Source: Octopus bimaculoides (Eukaryota). Taken from it: a DNA stretch of 64,000 nucleotides. This document shows positions 25,164 through 37,590 of this stretch, in pieces (the stretch's first letter is position 1; each line of letters starts with the position of its first letter). The notes beneath the pieces were generated by a model that saw nothing but the letters and a program-made list of their open reading frames with translations, was not told the DNA's origin and did not search any database. Where the stretch lies: assembly GCF_001194135.2 (NCBI RefSeq), contig NC_068989.1, positions 81,754,273 to 81,818,272 on the forward strand. The letters run 5' to 3'. A program made the translations under genes and the position numbers.

Positions 25164-25330
25164 TAACCCTTTTGCGCCCTGATTCCTCTGTCAAATGTAA
25201 TGCTTATTTATTCTTATTGTTTTGAATTAATCCTGCATTATCTTAGAGCTGTGAGATTTTGATGATGTGATTAGAATGATATCGTAGAGTTGGTGTCAGA
25301 GGCTGTATCCAGCCAGTGTAAATGCTAGAG
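25164..25330. mobile_element. piggyBac-type MITE, one end decayed
   Basis: ttaa|cccttt terminus and internal similarity to 44692-44909. Another partial copy ends aaaggg|ttaa at about 20342. Confidence 0.6.
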
Positions 25331-26689
25331 TTGAGACATAAGTGTCTACTATTTGGGTGATGAAGTTTGGAATGGTCCACGATTGCAATAAATTATTATT
25401 TACTAGAGCTTAAATGAACTTGATCTCAGTTGATGGTTGTAAAAAGAACTTTCTTTAAAATTCAATAAATGGAATGTTTGATAAATCAGATTTTCATTGG
25501 TATGTAAAAATTAATCTACATGTAAGTTTGTAAATTAATATTTTCATAACATTTCTGAACATATTCTAATGTTAAATTTGTGACATAAGGTTTGCATTAG
25601 AGATGTAGTGACATATTTTAGAAAACTTCAGATTCAATTAGCTGGTTAATCCTGGAATTAACCTAATTCTACAAGTTTTTAGTTTGATATTAAATTTTGT
25701 GTGGTCTGCTTTTATTTGGGTCTGGGATTCAATTTTATTTTGAACATTTCAGTCTTTTACTCTTTTGCAATAAACCAAAAGATTAACCAGAAATATACGG
25801 TAATTTAATGAATTTTTTGAGGATGTTAAATTAATCTTTTCCTGCGTCCATTAGAAGTTTACGCAAACAATTTCATCTCAGATGGTTGAACCTTGTGAAG
25901 AGAAATCCAAAATGAGTGGCATGCTGCTGTTCTGCAAAGGATCCATCCAATCTATGGAACAATGGATCCATAAAGGAAAATGATTCCCGGCTAATGAATG
26001 TATATGTGTTGTAATTTCTCTGTCTATATAATGTCAAGTCATTTCTGTGTGTACATGTGAAGCCATCTGCATAATGATCAGTTCAGTGTAATGTCTGATA
26101 ATGGTTATTTAATGTTCTGCTACCTTATCAAACCATTCTTTTAACACACAGTAAACTCACCATGTTAAATCCACTGTCTTTAACAGTAATTATATTGAGT
26201 GGTTAGATTTCCCACTTGTTTAGTTGCAACAGTCAACTGCCAACTCTGCCGTAGTTGTATGTAGTTCTGTGTGTGTGTTATATCTGAGTTCTCTTGGTGT
26301 GTATGTGTCTGTGTGATTGTGTGTATGTACACAAAAAAACAAAAAATAGTTGACCTATGAAAAAGCTCAATTAACCATTTATGTCAAAGAAGGAGAAAGC
26401 TGTTGATTCTTCATGCTGGTTTGACTTGTCAGATTCGAAAGGGAAGGAGCTACATTTTTGTTCACACATTAAACAACCGGTATGTAGTTGGTGGCCTTTA
26501 AGTTGTATTGATTACACTCGGTGTAACCATGGCAATAACCGATTTCTACAGTGACCACCACTAGAATATGTAAACACTTAACACAGAATTAACAACCTAA
26601 ACTAAATAGATCTTTGAAGGCACTGTATATGAAAGGTGTCAAGAAGGGTGTGGTGGCATAGAGGTTAAGTAGAAGTGAGTTACATTGTT

Positions 26690-26990
26690 GTCATCATAAT
26701 CATCATCATCTTTTAATGTCTGTTTTCCATGCTGGCATGGGTCGGATGGTTTGACAGGAGCTGTCCAGCTGGTGAGCTGTACCAGACTCCAATTGCCTGG
26801 TTTGGCATGGTTTCTGCAACTGGATGCTCTTCCTAATGCCAACCACTTTACAGAGTGTAGTGGGTGCTTTCTTATGTTGCACTGGCACGAGTGCCTTATA
26901 CGTGGTACTGGCCCAGATATCTTATACATGACACCTCATAGATGGTACCTCATACATGGTACAGGCATAGGAGTTTATGTGACACCAGCA
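26690..26990 (-). mobile_element. SINE B
   Basis: Family B motifs with an expanded internal module array. Confidence 0.8.
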
Positions 26991-28430
26991 TGGTAGCTTT
27001 TTACATAATACTGGCTGCATTAAACATACCTCGCTATAGATATGTTAATTAACACCTTGTGTCCTTGGATAAGGCATTTAATTCAGTTTCCCTAATTAGA
27101 TTAATTAGGGACCCTTTTTATACATTACTAGTACCCCCTACAGTGTTCCTTATCCTAATTCTGGAGAAGCAGAATGCGAATACTTGTTCTATGACCTTAT
27201 AAAGAAATATTCTTAAATAAATTGAGCAGCTATGTGTGAAAGGGACAGAGTATTTGTGCAAGGTCAGTGTGCAATGATGTTGTTTTATGGTTTTGAATGA
27301 AACCTTAGTGAGGATGATAATTGTCTCTTCAAAGTTATTTCAGTTGCAGTTTTACTCACAACTCATTTTCATAACTGAGCGAATGTTTGTACAGAAGAGT
27401 GGGTCTTTAAATATGAATGTTGTATAGTGTGTCTCATTGTAGTGAGGTGTGCACATGTCTTTGTCGCATTCTAATGATAGCAATGTATCCTTATTTCTTG
27501 TGCCACACTGTCTTTGTGACGTTGTGTACACTGGTTTTGATGTCACATTCAACCATGGTTTTCCAGGCAAGTTGGTATCAAAAGGGTGAATGAGATTTTT
27601 GGAACAGCTATCTGAATAAGTCATTAAAATTAGACATGTGGAAACTACCAGAAATGCCTCACATTTTCTAATCTCTCTCTCTCTCTCACTCACACACACA
27701 CACACAAACACTCATATATATGTGTAACATAAAGAATATTGCATCACAAAGATTGGATAGGATTGGTATTCCATGCTAAGAGAAATTTCAGCCCTAGTCA
27801 TTCATACTATCTTTCTGCTGACATTCTGCACTAAACACTTCATCCGGATCTTCCCAGAACTAGAACACACTGGAATTTCACACATCTGTATGATTGCTAT
27901 AAGAAACCTATTATAGCCATTGATGGTTCTGTTTAAATTTCTAAGCACTAACACCAAACTTAAGATCTCTGTACACTATGATAATGCAACACGACATATG
28001 AGGTAGGGTGGCGAGTGGTGTCTGCAAATATGCAACTCTCCAGGCATGTGTTTAGACATGTGTTTTTGAGTTTGTATTATATATATAAACATTAATTAAA
28101 GCTTACACATGTCTATATATACGTCTCTGTATGTGTGTATACATGCATCTGTAACGCGCATGTGTATGTGTGTGTGAGATTGTTACTCCCACCACTTCTC
28201 ATTGTCCTTTAGAATTCATCAGTGATTAATAAGATAAAACTATTTTTAATAGGATTATCAGCCTCTTCAAATGTGATTAATAACTTAATCTCCCTCCAAG
28301 GATAAACTTCAAACCAAAATCATTTTCCTTCCATCCGTTTTGGCTCTTTAAAAGATTTTCCTGGTTATTTAACAATTTAGTTTCATAATTGCCTTATGTT
28401 TTATGTTGACTGATAACACTGTTTCTGCAG

Positions 28431-28693
28431 TTCGTTGGAAGACATCGTACTGAGCAGTTGCTAACTCTGTACTACACTCATGGCTAATAATATTGACAAT
28501 TATGGATATGGGCCTGCTCCTTCTGGCTGGATTTACCCTCAATTCTACCCAAATAATTATGTCAACTATCACGCAAATGCTTACATCTATGGGCAGAATT
28601 TCTCCCCAGTTCCCTATTGTAGTGAAACTTCTGTTCATAGCAACTGGCAATCTCCTGATTTAGAAGCAGTTTCTGAAAAACCAAGTGGAATAT
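28431..28693 (+). CDS. Probable alternative start exon of RhoGAP gene (5' UTR 28431-28479, CDS from ATG 28480)
   Basis: gtttctgcag acceptor, in-frame TAA upstream of ATG, 71 codons MANNIDNYGYGPAPSGWIYPQFYPNNYVNYHANAYIYGQNFSPVPYCSETSVHSNWQSPDLEAVSEKPSGI, then T|GTAAGT phase-1 donor compatible with exon 31372. Confidence 0.7.
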
Positions 28694-28934
28694 GTAAGTA
28701 GACAACTACTGGGAAATTCATATGCACATGTTCATAGATACATACATGTCTGTGTGTGCATATATGTACGTATGTATGTATGTAATGTATGTTTGTATGT
28801 ATGTATCTGTGTATATGTATATGTATGTATGTATGTATAATTCAAAACAGTTTGATGTGACCCCATGCAACTTGAAGCTTTGTAAGCTTTTTAGAGAAAT
28901 CTAGCTTGTCAGGCTCAGTTAGCTGAACCATATT

Positions 28935-29262
28935 ATCATCATCATCATCATCATCATCATCGATTAACGTCCATTTTCCATGCTGGCATGGGTTGGACAG
29001 TTCGACTGGGGACTGGGAAGCCAGGAGGCTGTACCAGGCTCCAGTCTGATCTGGCAGTGTTTCTACAGCTGGATGCCCCTCCTAACGCCAACCACTCCAA
29101 GAGTGTAGTGAGTGCCTTTTACATGCCACCGGCACAGGGGCCAGAGAAGGCTGGCAACGGCCATGATCAGTTGGTGCTTTTTATGCGCCACCGGCACGGA
29201 AGCCTGTCAAGGCGGCACTGGCATTGGCCACGTTCGGATAGTACTTTTTACATACCACTGGC
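28935..29262 (-). mobile_element. SINE B
   Basis: (CAT)n then cgattaacgtccattttccatgctggcatgggttgga. Confidence 0.85.
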
Positions 29263-30713
29263 ACAAGAATCACAACTACAATTTCCATTTGATTTTGATT
29301 TTGATGTACATTCACACACACAGACACACACACACTCACACACACACACTCACACACACACACTCACACACACACACACTCACACTCACACACACACACA
29401 CACACTCTTNNNNNNNNNNACACACACTCACACACACACACACTCACACTCACACACACACACACACACACACTCTTTTATGTATACGTTCATTATGTTA
29501 CCCACTGTTGTGAGAATTCAGTCTCTTCCTTTCATGTGTGATCCTCACCCGTCACAATTTTACAATATTCTCTATAACACTGTGTTGTTACTCAGAGTAC
29601 TGCCCCTCACCAATCACAACTCTTCAATATACTCTATGAAATACTGTTGTTATCCACAGTACAGTCCCACACCCCAAACAGTCAGCTCCAATGTTATTTG
29701 CTTTCCATATGAGTTTAACTGTTATTGTGTGCAAATCATCTGTTAATGTTGGTTATGTGCCTCTGCCTTATGCTTAGTGTAAAGTTATAAACAGTTAGCA
29801 AACAACTCAGAAAGAGCAGCTTGTGAAGAACAAAGTACAATGATATGGTATTAATTTAACACTAGTAAAGAGAATGGAGTGTCATGATGTTTTGGATGTA
29901 AATGTTTCTGATGAAAAAAAAGGGAATACAGAGAAAACTTGGGGGAAATGGAGACAGAGAGAAGCGGAGAGAATAGGACAAGAGCTAACATGGTACAGAG
30001 AGACTGGGCATTTTTTATTTACTTAAAATTACACGTGATATGCAGAGTAATAATCATTAGACTAAATGACATTTTGTGGAGAGAAAGTCAAGAGAGGCAA
30101 GTCTGAAATAAAAATCAGTTAATAATTGAATGAAGATTTATCTGCAGATGTGAGTCTGATCTTTAGTAATGCTGGGACAACTCTGAGTATGCTTCAGTCT
30201 TATTTGACCTCCTCAACAAAACACTCTCATCTGTAATTATTGAGCATAAGCTGACTGTTAGCTTTATAGAATTTCAATGAATATTGACAGGTTGGCAACT
30301 TAAATGAAAGACTGATAGGAAATTCTCTATGAAAACATAAAGTGGATGCTATTATAGCAAATTAAAGATTAATTAAAATTACAGCTGGAATGAAGGAAGA
30401 ATGTCATTAACTTTAATGATTAATTTGGGTGAAGAGAGACAAGGAGGATCACTGTGTGTGTGTGTGTGGGGGGGGGGGTGCTTGTGTACACGCGCGTGTG
30501 TGTATGAAGGCCATGATATCTGAGTAAGCTAAGTAGGCAAGTCTTACCAGATTAAAGCTATAAAAAGTAGAATACTGTTTCAACAAGTCATGTCTATTTG
30601 ATGCCCAACATGAAAAATGAGTACAAAAACCATGATAAGGAGAAAGAGGAAATGATTTCCAATGCTTTATACAAATACTAACCTAATTATTTGTGTATAT
30701 ATGTATGTATAGT

Positions 30714-31081
30714 GGAGGCGCAATGGCCCAGTGGTTAGGGCAGCGGATTCGCAGTTTCAATTCCCAGACCGGGCGTTGTGAGTGTTTATTGAGCGAAAAC
30801 ACCTAAAGCTCCACAAGGTTCAGGCAGGGGATGGTGGCGAACCCTGCTGTACTCTTTCACCACAACTTTCTCTCACTCTTACTTCCTGTTTCTGTTGTGC
30901 CTGTATTTCAAAGGGTCAGCCTTGTCACACTGTGTCACGCTGAATATCCCCGAGAACTATGTTAAGGGTACACGTGTCTGTGGAGTGCTCAGCCACTTGC
31001 ACGTTAATTTCACGAGCAAGCTGGTCTGTTGATCAGATCAACTGGAACCCTCGACATCGTAAGCAATGGAGTGCCAACAAC
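30714..31081 (+). mobile_element. tRNA-type SINE family C
   Basis: ggaggcgcaatggcccagtggttagggcagcgg head, caacaac tail; close copy at 48968-49410 (-). Confidence 0.88.
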
Positions 31082-31371
31082 ATGTATGTATATAAATACA
31101 TGTGCGCGTGATGGCCCTGTAGTTAAGAAGTTTGTTTCCTAACCACATGGTTTTGGGTTCAGTCCCTCTTTATCACCTTAAGCTGGTCTCTTCCTCTATT
31201 GCTCCAGATAGAAACTGAAACAGCCCATCATCTTTATATATATGTGTGTATGTATATATGTGTACATGTGACATAAGTATAAACATGTTTAATGAAACAC
31301 ACCTCAGTTTAATGTTAGAAAAAAACTATGTTTCTGCCAATATTATGACACTTTTCATTTGTTCTCCTCAG

Positions 31372-31551
31372 CTGATACAACGTTCGGTGCTCTCCTGAAG
31401 GATATTTGCAACAGAGATAACTCCGCAGTGCCAAACTTTGTAAAATTATGCATCAAGAGTATTGAAAACCGAGGACTTAAACAAGACGGTCTGTACCGAG
31501 TTAGTGGTAACCTCGCTGAAATACAGAAGCTGCGTCTTTCAGTAGACAACA
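31372..31551 (+). CDS. ARHGAP12/15/27-like: RhoGAP domain exon 1 (arginine finger)
   Basis: ttctcctcag acceptor, DTTFGALLKDICNRDNSAVPNFVKLCIKSIENRGLKQDGLYRVSGNLAEIQKLRLSVDN, GTAAGT donor, phase 1-1. Catalytic GLYRVSG intact. Confidence 0.97.
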
Positions 31552-31819
31552 GTAAGTACATTATTAGTTCATTTATTGCACTAACTGCTTCTGGTGATAA
31601 CAGTAAGAAGCTGTTAGTGCAATAATCTGATAATCTAGCTTAAATGGTTTTCACATTTATTCTATAAACAGCATAAGAAGTTATTTTTGTTGTTTTTTGG
31701 GGTTTGTTTATGCAATATTTTCATTATGATAATTATTCCACTTCTCTTTACCCTTTGCCAAACTGTGTCCTCCTCTAAACACCCTCATATTATCCACTTG
31801 TACCCAGTTGTGGTTGTAA

Positions 31820-32030
31820 TCCATCATCACCATCATTTAATGTCTGTTATCCATGCTGGCATGGGTAGGACATATGGACAGAAGCTGATCAGCCGAAGAG
31901 CTGTCCCAGGATCCAGTTGTCTATTTTGGCATGGTTTCTATGGCTGGATACCCTTCCTAATGCCAACCACTTTACAGAGTGTACTGGGTGCTTTATATGT
32001 GGCACTGGCACGGGTGATTTATAGGTGGCA
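31820..32030 (-). mobile_element. SINE B
   Basis: Family B motifs. Confidence 0.75.
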
Positions 32031-32149
32031 CTTCATGACCCTTACCACTACCACCACCATATCTCCCATTACTACCGCCATCGATACCACTCCATGAACA
32101 CCAACTGCTAATCAAGGAATATGGTGACTCATCTATTAACGTTTATTTA

Positions 32150-32350
32150 TTACCAAATAAGTGGCAAGCTGGCAAAAATGTTGGTGTGTGGACCAAAGGC
32201 TTAGCATCACTTCAAATGCAGCTGAGGTCGCCTTTGCCCTCCATCCTTTTGAGGTTGATAAACTAAGTGCCAGTCGAATACTAGGGTCGATGTAATCAAC
32301 TATCCCCCTCTCACTAAATTTTAGGCCTTGTGCTTATAGTAAAAAAAGGA
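32150..32350 (+). mobile_element. SINE-like family E
   Basis: gaggtcg.ctttgcc.t.catcct..gaggttgataaa..agt.ccagt core, also at 35015-35212 (+), 61140-61265 (+) and 61290-61460 (-). Confidence 0.7.
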
Positions 32351-32857
32351 TTGGGTGACCCCCTTCGGTCATGAATGACCATGGGATTGCAGCTATAAAG
32401 TTTCCCCTCCGAGGTACAAGTCCTGGCAAGGTTGTTTATGGAAGACCAGCAGTTGCCCATGCATACCAGCCTCCCTTCTCCATTCCACCGATGTTATCCA
32501 AGGGAAAGGCAAAGGCTGATACAGCTTGGCACCAGTGACATCACAATTGATTCTACAGCTGAGTGTACTGGAGCAACATGAAATAAAGTGCCTTGCTCAA
32601 GAACACAACACACAGCCTGGTCCAGGAATCGAACTCACAACCTCACGGATTGTAAGCTCAACACTCTAAACACCGAGTCATGCGCCTTCACACAATAAAA
32701 TGGATTATTACCAAATAAAAGACATTAAAAAAAAATCTAGTTTTGGTGCCAGTTGAGCCTTCTGCCCCTGCCCACCCTTCCATCTGTATATTTTTGAGGA
32801 TAGTCAACTTAACTTCACCTTCCCACTCACTATTCACAATTTTCTTAATTATTTTTA

Positions 32858-33227
32858 AGGCATGGTTGTGTGGAAAGAAGTTTGCTTCCTAACCACATGG
32901 TTCTGGGTTCAGTCTCACTGTGTGGTACCTTGGGCAAGTGTCTTCTTCTATAGCTCCGGGCTGACCAAAGCCTTGTGAGTGTATTTGAGAGATGAAAACT
33001 GAGAGAAGTTTGTGTCTGTGTTTGTCCCCCACCACCACTACCACCACTTGACAACTGGTGTTGGTTTGTGTACATCCCCATAACTTAGCAGTTCACCAAA
33101 AGACAGAATAAGTACCAGGCTTTAAAAAAATAAGCCTTGGGGTTGATACATTCAACTAAAGATTCTTCAGAGTGGTGCTCCAGCATGGCTGCAGTAGAAT
33201 GACAGAAACAATTAATGATAAAAGAAT
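32858..33227 (+). mobile_element. SINE A
   Basis: Family A head to tail. Confidence 0.88.
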
Positions 33228-33381
33228 TAAGCCTATGCGGCTTGTCTTGCACATATCCTGACCAATTCTATTTTTGTTGTCTTTTGGTGAAACGAAGGCG
33301 CCATATTATCATTTATTTATTTATCTAATTATTTTGTCTGAACTGACTTTAATTAATTATTTTTTTTGTTTTTCATTTCAG

Positions 33382-33522
33382 TTAATGCTAACAGTCGATT
33401 CAATTTGGATGATGAATGCTGGGATATTCACACATTAACTGGGGCCCTGAAACTCTTTTTCAGAGAACTGAAAGAGCCTTTGATTCCATTCAATAAGTTT
33501 GATAAACTAATGGAAATTGTCA
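33382..33522 (+). CDS. ARHGAP12/15/27-like: RhoGAP domain exon 2
   Basis: tttcatttcag acceptor, NANSRFNLDDECWDIHTLTGALKLFFRELKEPLIPFNKFDKLMEIV, GTAAGT donor, phase 1-1. Confidence 0.97.
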
Positions 33523-35291
33523 GTAAGTGACTTTTTCAGTTGTATTATTGTTTTTTATATCATGGTGTATTATTTGATTAATTTTAATTCTGCATTAACA
33601 AGCTAAGTTGAACAGAATTTGGGTAATTGATATTTAGGACATAACACTTGCATAATCTACCTTATTTTACCAATTCTACTACTTCCTTTAATAACTATAT
33701 GTCCTCTTCTTGTATGTATGCATGTGTGTATGTTCACTGGTTGTAAAAATGATCTCAGTGATGTTGTTTGCAAAAGGGTCCAAGTTGTGTGATAGACGGA
33801 GAAATTATTACCTCATTGGAAAACCACTAGCACTGCTGACAGGCTGCAGAAAATTCTGTCCCAATATACTTTCATGTGACCCATGCAAGCATAGAAAAGT
33901 AGATGACATTAAAATGATGGTGGTGGTGAAGATGAAGATGATCATACATCATCATCGTCTTTGTTTTACATCTGCTTCCTATGTTGGCATAAGTTGAGTG
34001 AGTCATCGCAGTTTGATTCGGTCATTATTCTGAATTATGACTTTGGGGCCAAGTTTTGTTCATATGTTCTTTTTTTGGCATGGTTTCAACAGCTGGAGGC
34101 TCTTCCTAAACCAGCCACTTAAATGATCATATTGAATTCATTTTATTGTAGCAACAGCACTGGTGGAGTTCTCTTGTACCCCACAACACAAGAGATTCTT
34201 CATTGGTCTCAGTGGTTCTCAGCCATTTTTCACCTATGGACCCATTTGATTCCTATTTCTTTGGGGTGGACCCTCATAGCCATTTGATGTTTAAGAAAAT
34301 CCAATTCTACTTTTATAATGAAATGTTATTAGGAACTGTGTAAAGAAAGACTGTTAAAACATTTTGTGCATTGCAGAAGTATAACCAATTTATTGCATTA
34401 GTTTTAACAACAAAATTTTATATGAATCCCCAGGGGTCAATTGGGCCCTTGTTGAGAACCACTGGTCTATATTGTCCTCATTCATTATGAAGTCAACAGC
34501 TTGGGTGATTGGAAACAATGAATGAAAGTTAGAGGAAGGCAGAAGCAGATGAGAGTGGGGGGGTGCAGAGTCATTGGGGCGATTGTAGAAAGAAGGAGAA
34601 ATGAGAGAGAGAGAGAGATGCAATCCCACCATTCAAGCCGTAAAAAGGAAGGAAGAAGAAACTTCTCTCTCTCTCACCACCATCTCCTATTTCAAATCAT
34701 GAGAGATTTGTCTAAGAAATAAAGGCTTGACCTCAACATCAGCCATCATACAGAGGAGAAGGACCTACTGACCATCCTAACCAAAAGAATACGGTGCTGT
34801 TGGTGGTGATGGTAATGGTGAAAACATCACAGCTTTATTATTATATGTTGCTGAGTAATCTCCTGCTATCAAGAGTTCTTGAAGAACACAGTCTGATAAT
34901 TTCACAGGCTTGAAATGGGTTAACTGAATCACTTCTTACATACTTTTCCATTTTGTTAGACATCACAGTCATCATAGTGAAAGAAGAAATTGTTTTTTCT
35001 CTGTCTTTTATACTTAGAGCACCAGAAAATGCCTTGTAATATTTAGTTATGGTTTTTTTTTTTACATTCTGAGTTCAAATCCTGCTGAGGTCAATTTTGT
35101 CTTTCATCCTTCGAGAGTTGATAAAGTACCAGTCAAGTACTGGGGGTTGATGGTATTGGCTGATCCTCCTCACTTCAAAATTACTGGCCTTGTACCTAAA
35201 TTATAAAAATAATTCATTTCTTTTCTTGTTTCTGTGCTTTGCTATTTTCATTTGTAGTCTTTAATATTTCCTTTTAACATTGTTTTCACAG

Positions 35292-35406
35292 AAGCAGAAA
35301 GTGCTACAAAACGTGAAGAGAATTTAAGGAAATACAAAGAAATTATTCATAGCTTTCCCAAGTGCCACTTTGAGACACTTAAGATGCTGCTTCAACACCT
35401 TCTAAG
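35292..35406 (+). CDS. ARHGAP12/15/27-like: RhoGAP domain exon 3
   Basis: tgttttcacag acceptor, AESATKREENLRKYKEIIHSFPKCHFETLKMLLQHLL-AG, GTCAGC donor, phase 1-2. Confidence 0.95.
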
Positions 35407-35591
35407 GTCAGCATATTACTTTTTTATTTGATGTGTAACTTCTCTCTACAAGTTATTAAGAAATACACTGACCTAACCAAAATGAGGTTATCAAAAACTG
35501 TTGACTTAAAATATTTGAAATCTGAAATTTAGCTATAACTTAAATGTTCTTCATTTCTGGAGCCAGTTTTGTTAAATCTTTTGTCTCTTAT

Positions 35592-35975
35592 CCTTTATTT
35601 TTTTACTTGTTTTAGCCATTGGACTGCGGCCATGCTGGGGTACTGCCTTGAAGGGTGTTGTTAAATCAACCCCAATACTTATTTTTAAATTGGATACTTA
35701 TTTTATTGGTCCCTTTTGGCATACAGTTACAGGGGATGTAAACAAACCAACACAATTTATCAAGCACACACACACACACACACTCACATGTGCGCACACA
35801 TACACACACACACACGTCGAGCTTCTTTCAGTTTTCATTTGCCACATCCACTCACAAGGCTTTGGTTGGCCTGAGGCTTATAGTTGAAGACACTTGCCCA
35901 AAATGCCATTGCAGTGGGACTGAATCCAAAACTATGAGGTTGGGGAAGCAAATTTCTTAGCATGCAGCCGCATCT
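35592..35975 (-). mobile_element. SINE A (diverged)
   Basis: Reverse complement of family A. Confidence 0.82.
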
Positions 35976-36078
35976 GCCTAATTTCTGTTACGATATTTTC
36001 ATTCTTTGTATATCTTTCTATTGTATATTTTTCAATTTTTCAGTATTCACATCTAACAAATTCATATTTCCATTTCAG

Positions 36079-36247
36079 AGTAATAAAATTATCTGAACAC
36101 AACCGAATGCTCACTCAAAACGTGGCTATTGTCTTTGGACCAACATTGATGTGGCCAGAACGGGAATTACACAATCTTGCCATTAGTATCACCTACCAGA
36201 GCCAAATTGTCCAATTTCTTCTTCAAAACTATGCAAGCATCTTTTGA
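36079..36247 (+). CDS. ARHGAP12/15/27-like: RhoGAP domain terminal exon
   Basis: catttcag acceptor, VIKLSEHNRMLTQNVAIVFGPTLMWPERELHNLAISITYQSQIVQFLLQNYASIF*. NRM..N.AIVFGPTL motif; TGA at 36245-36247. Confidence 0.97.
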
Positions 36248-36923
36248 TACAATAACTTTGTAAAACCTGTCTAAGACTGGCCATAACCTGTTTTTTAGGT
36301 TAATCTTTTTGGCTGACATGACCCAACCATTCCAGCTTCTTTTCATGACAATACAGATTTGTGCAACATTTGTGTTTACATGGGGTGTAATATTGGAGGG
36401 AACTGTCTTTATTCTTGACAACACACACACAAAAAAAAAAAGGAAAAAAAAACCCTTTGTTTTCTCCAGAAAGTTTTGGACCAAAAAAAAAAGCAAAAAA
36501 AACCTATACAGTTATATCGAGTTCATTTACCTGAAAAGCAATTTTTTGTTTTTTTTTTAGTTGAAAATATTTCTTGGATATTTTTTTTTGTTTTGTTTTT
36601 CAGGTGTGTTAAAGTTGCTAAATTATATTTTAATTACGGAATTTAAGTCAACATTTTAAAAATTCTTCTAGCCATTCCTCAATGGTATTTTCCTGTCTTT
36701 TATTATTAAAAATTTATTTTTGTATTTTCTTTTTCGTCTAAGGATATAGTAAATAATTTTATTTCTTCTTTATTTAAAATTCTGCGTAGAGACTTGCTGA
36801 AGACTGTAAGCTGATTGGCTTGCTGTGGAAGGGAGATAACCCTGGCTGTGTTCTTTATTGGATTTTGTGGTGATGCGTGGACAGGCAGCTGATAGCGAGA
36901 CCATGTGTATGCATATATGTATG

Positions 36924-36964
<41 letters not shown>

Positions 36965-37497
36965 CATAAAATGACAAAATATTGTGTACACAATCTATAG
37001 CACTTCTATTTCCATTTTGTCATTTTATCAAATCTTTACAAACCAGATGCATATATATATAGACAGATAGATATATATGCATTAATGCACTTGTGTGTAT
37101 GCACATATATATATGTTATATATGTGTATGGGTGCATGTTTGTGAAATCCCAGACACACATGCATGACATGCATTATAAGTTAGTTGTTTTACAGCTATT
37201 GTTTAGCTCTAGATCAACTTTGATCAAAAGCATTCCAGTCGTAACCATCCCCACTCCCCTTTTTTATACTTAGGACTGCATTGTCCGATGCTTCCTTCCA
37301 GATTTATGATGGTAGGATGTGATTTTGAGGGAATTTGGCTGCTATTACTTGCAGGTCGAGTGACTGCATAGAGCCCCCCTCCTACTCCCTCGATTTGCCA
37401 GTCTTGTTGCTCTGTTTGAAAGTGATTGATATTATTCAGTATCTTGAGATAATATCATAAATGAGCTTCTCATAAGGCAACACTATACAACTACAAC

Positions 37498-37590
37498 TTT
37501 TCACATACTTTACTTCACATATTATACTTCACATATTATACTTCACATATTATACTTCATATACTCTACTTCATATATTCTATTTCATAT
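37498..37590. repeat. 14-bp tandem repeat
   Basis: Unit ttcacatattatac, about 6 copies, decaying outward. Confidence 0.88.

Noticed and set aside
28988-29746. 252-aa ORF
   Set aside because: It is made of an antisense SINE B, a CA tract and a gap; no coding character.
30714-30790. tRNA gene
   Set aside because: The tRNA-like head continues into a SINE body present twice, and a complete cloverleaf is not evident. The same applies to the heads of SINE A and D.
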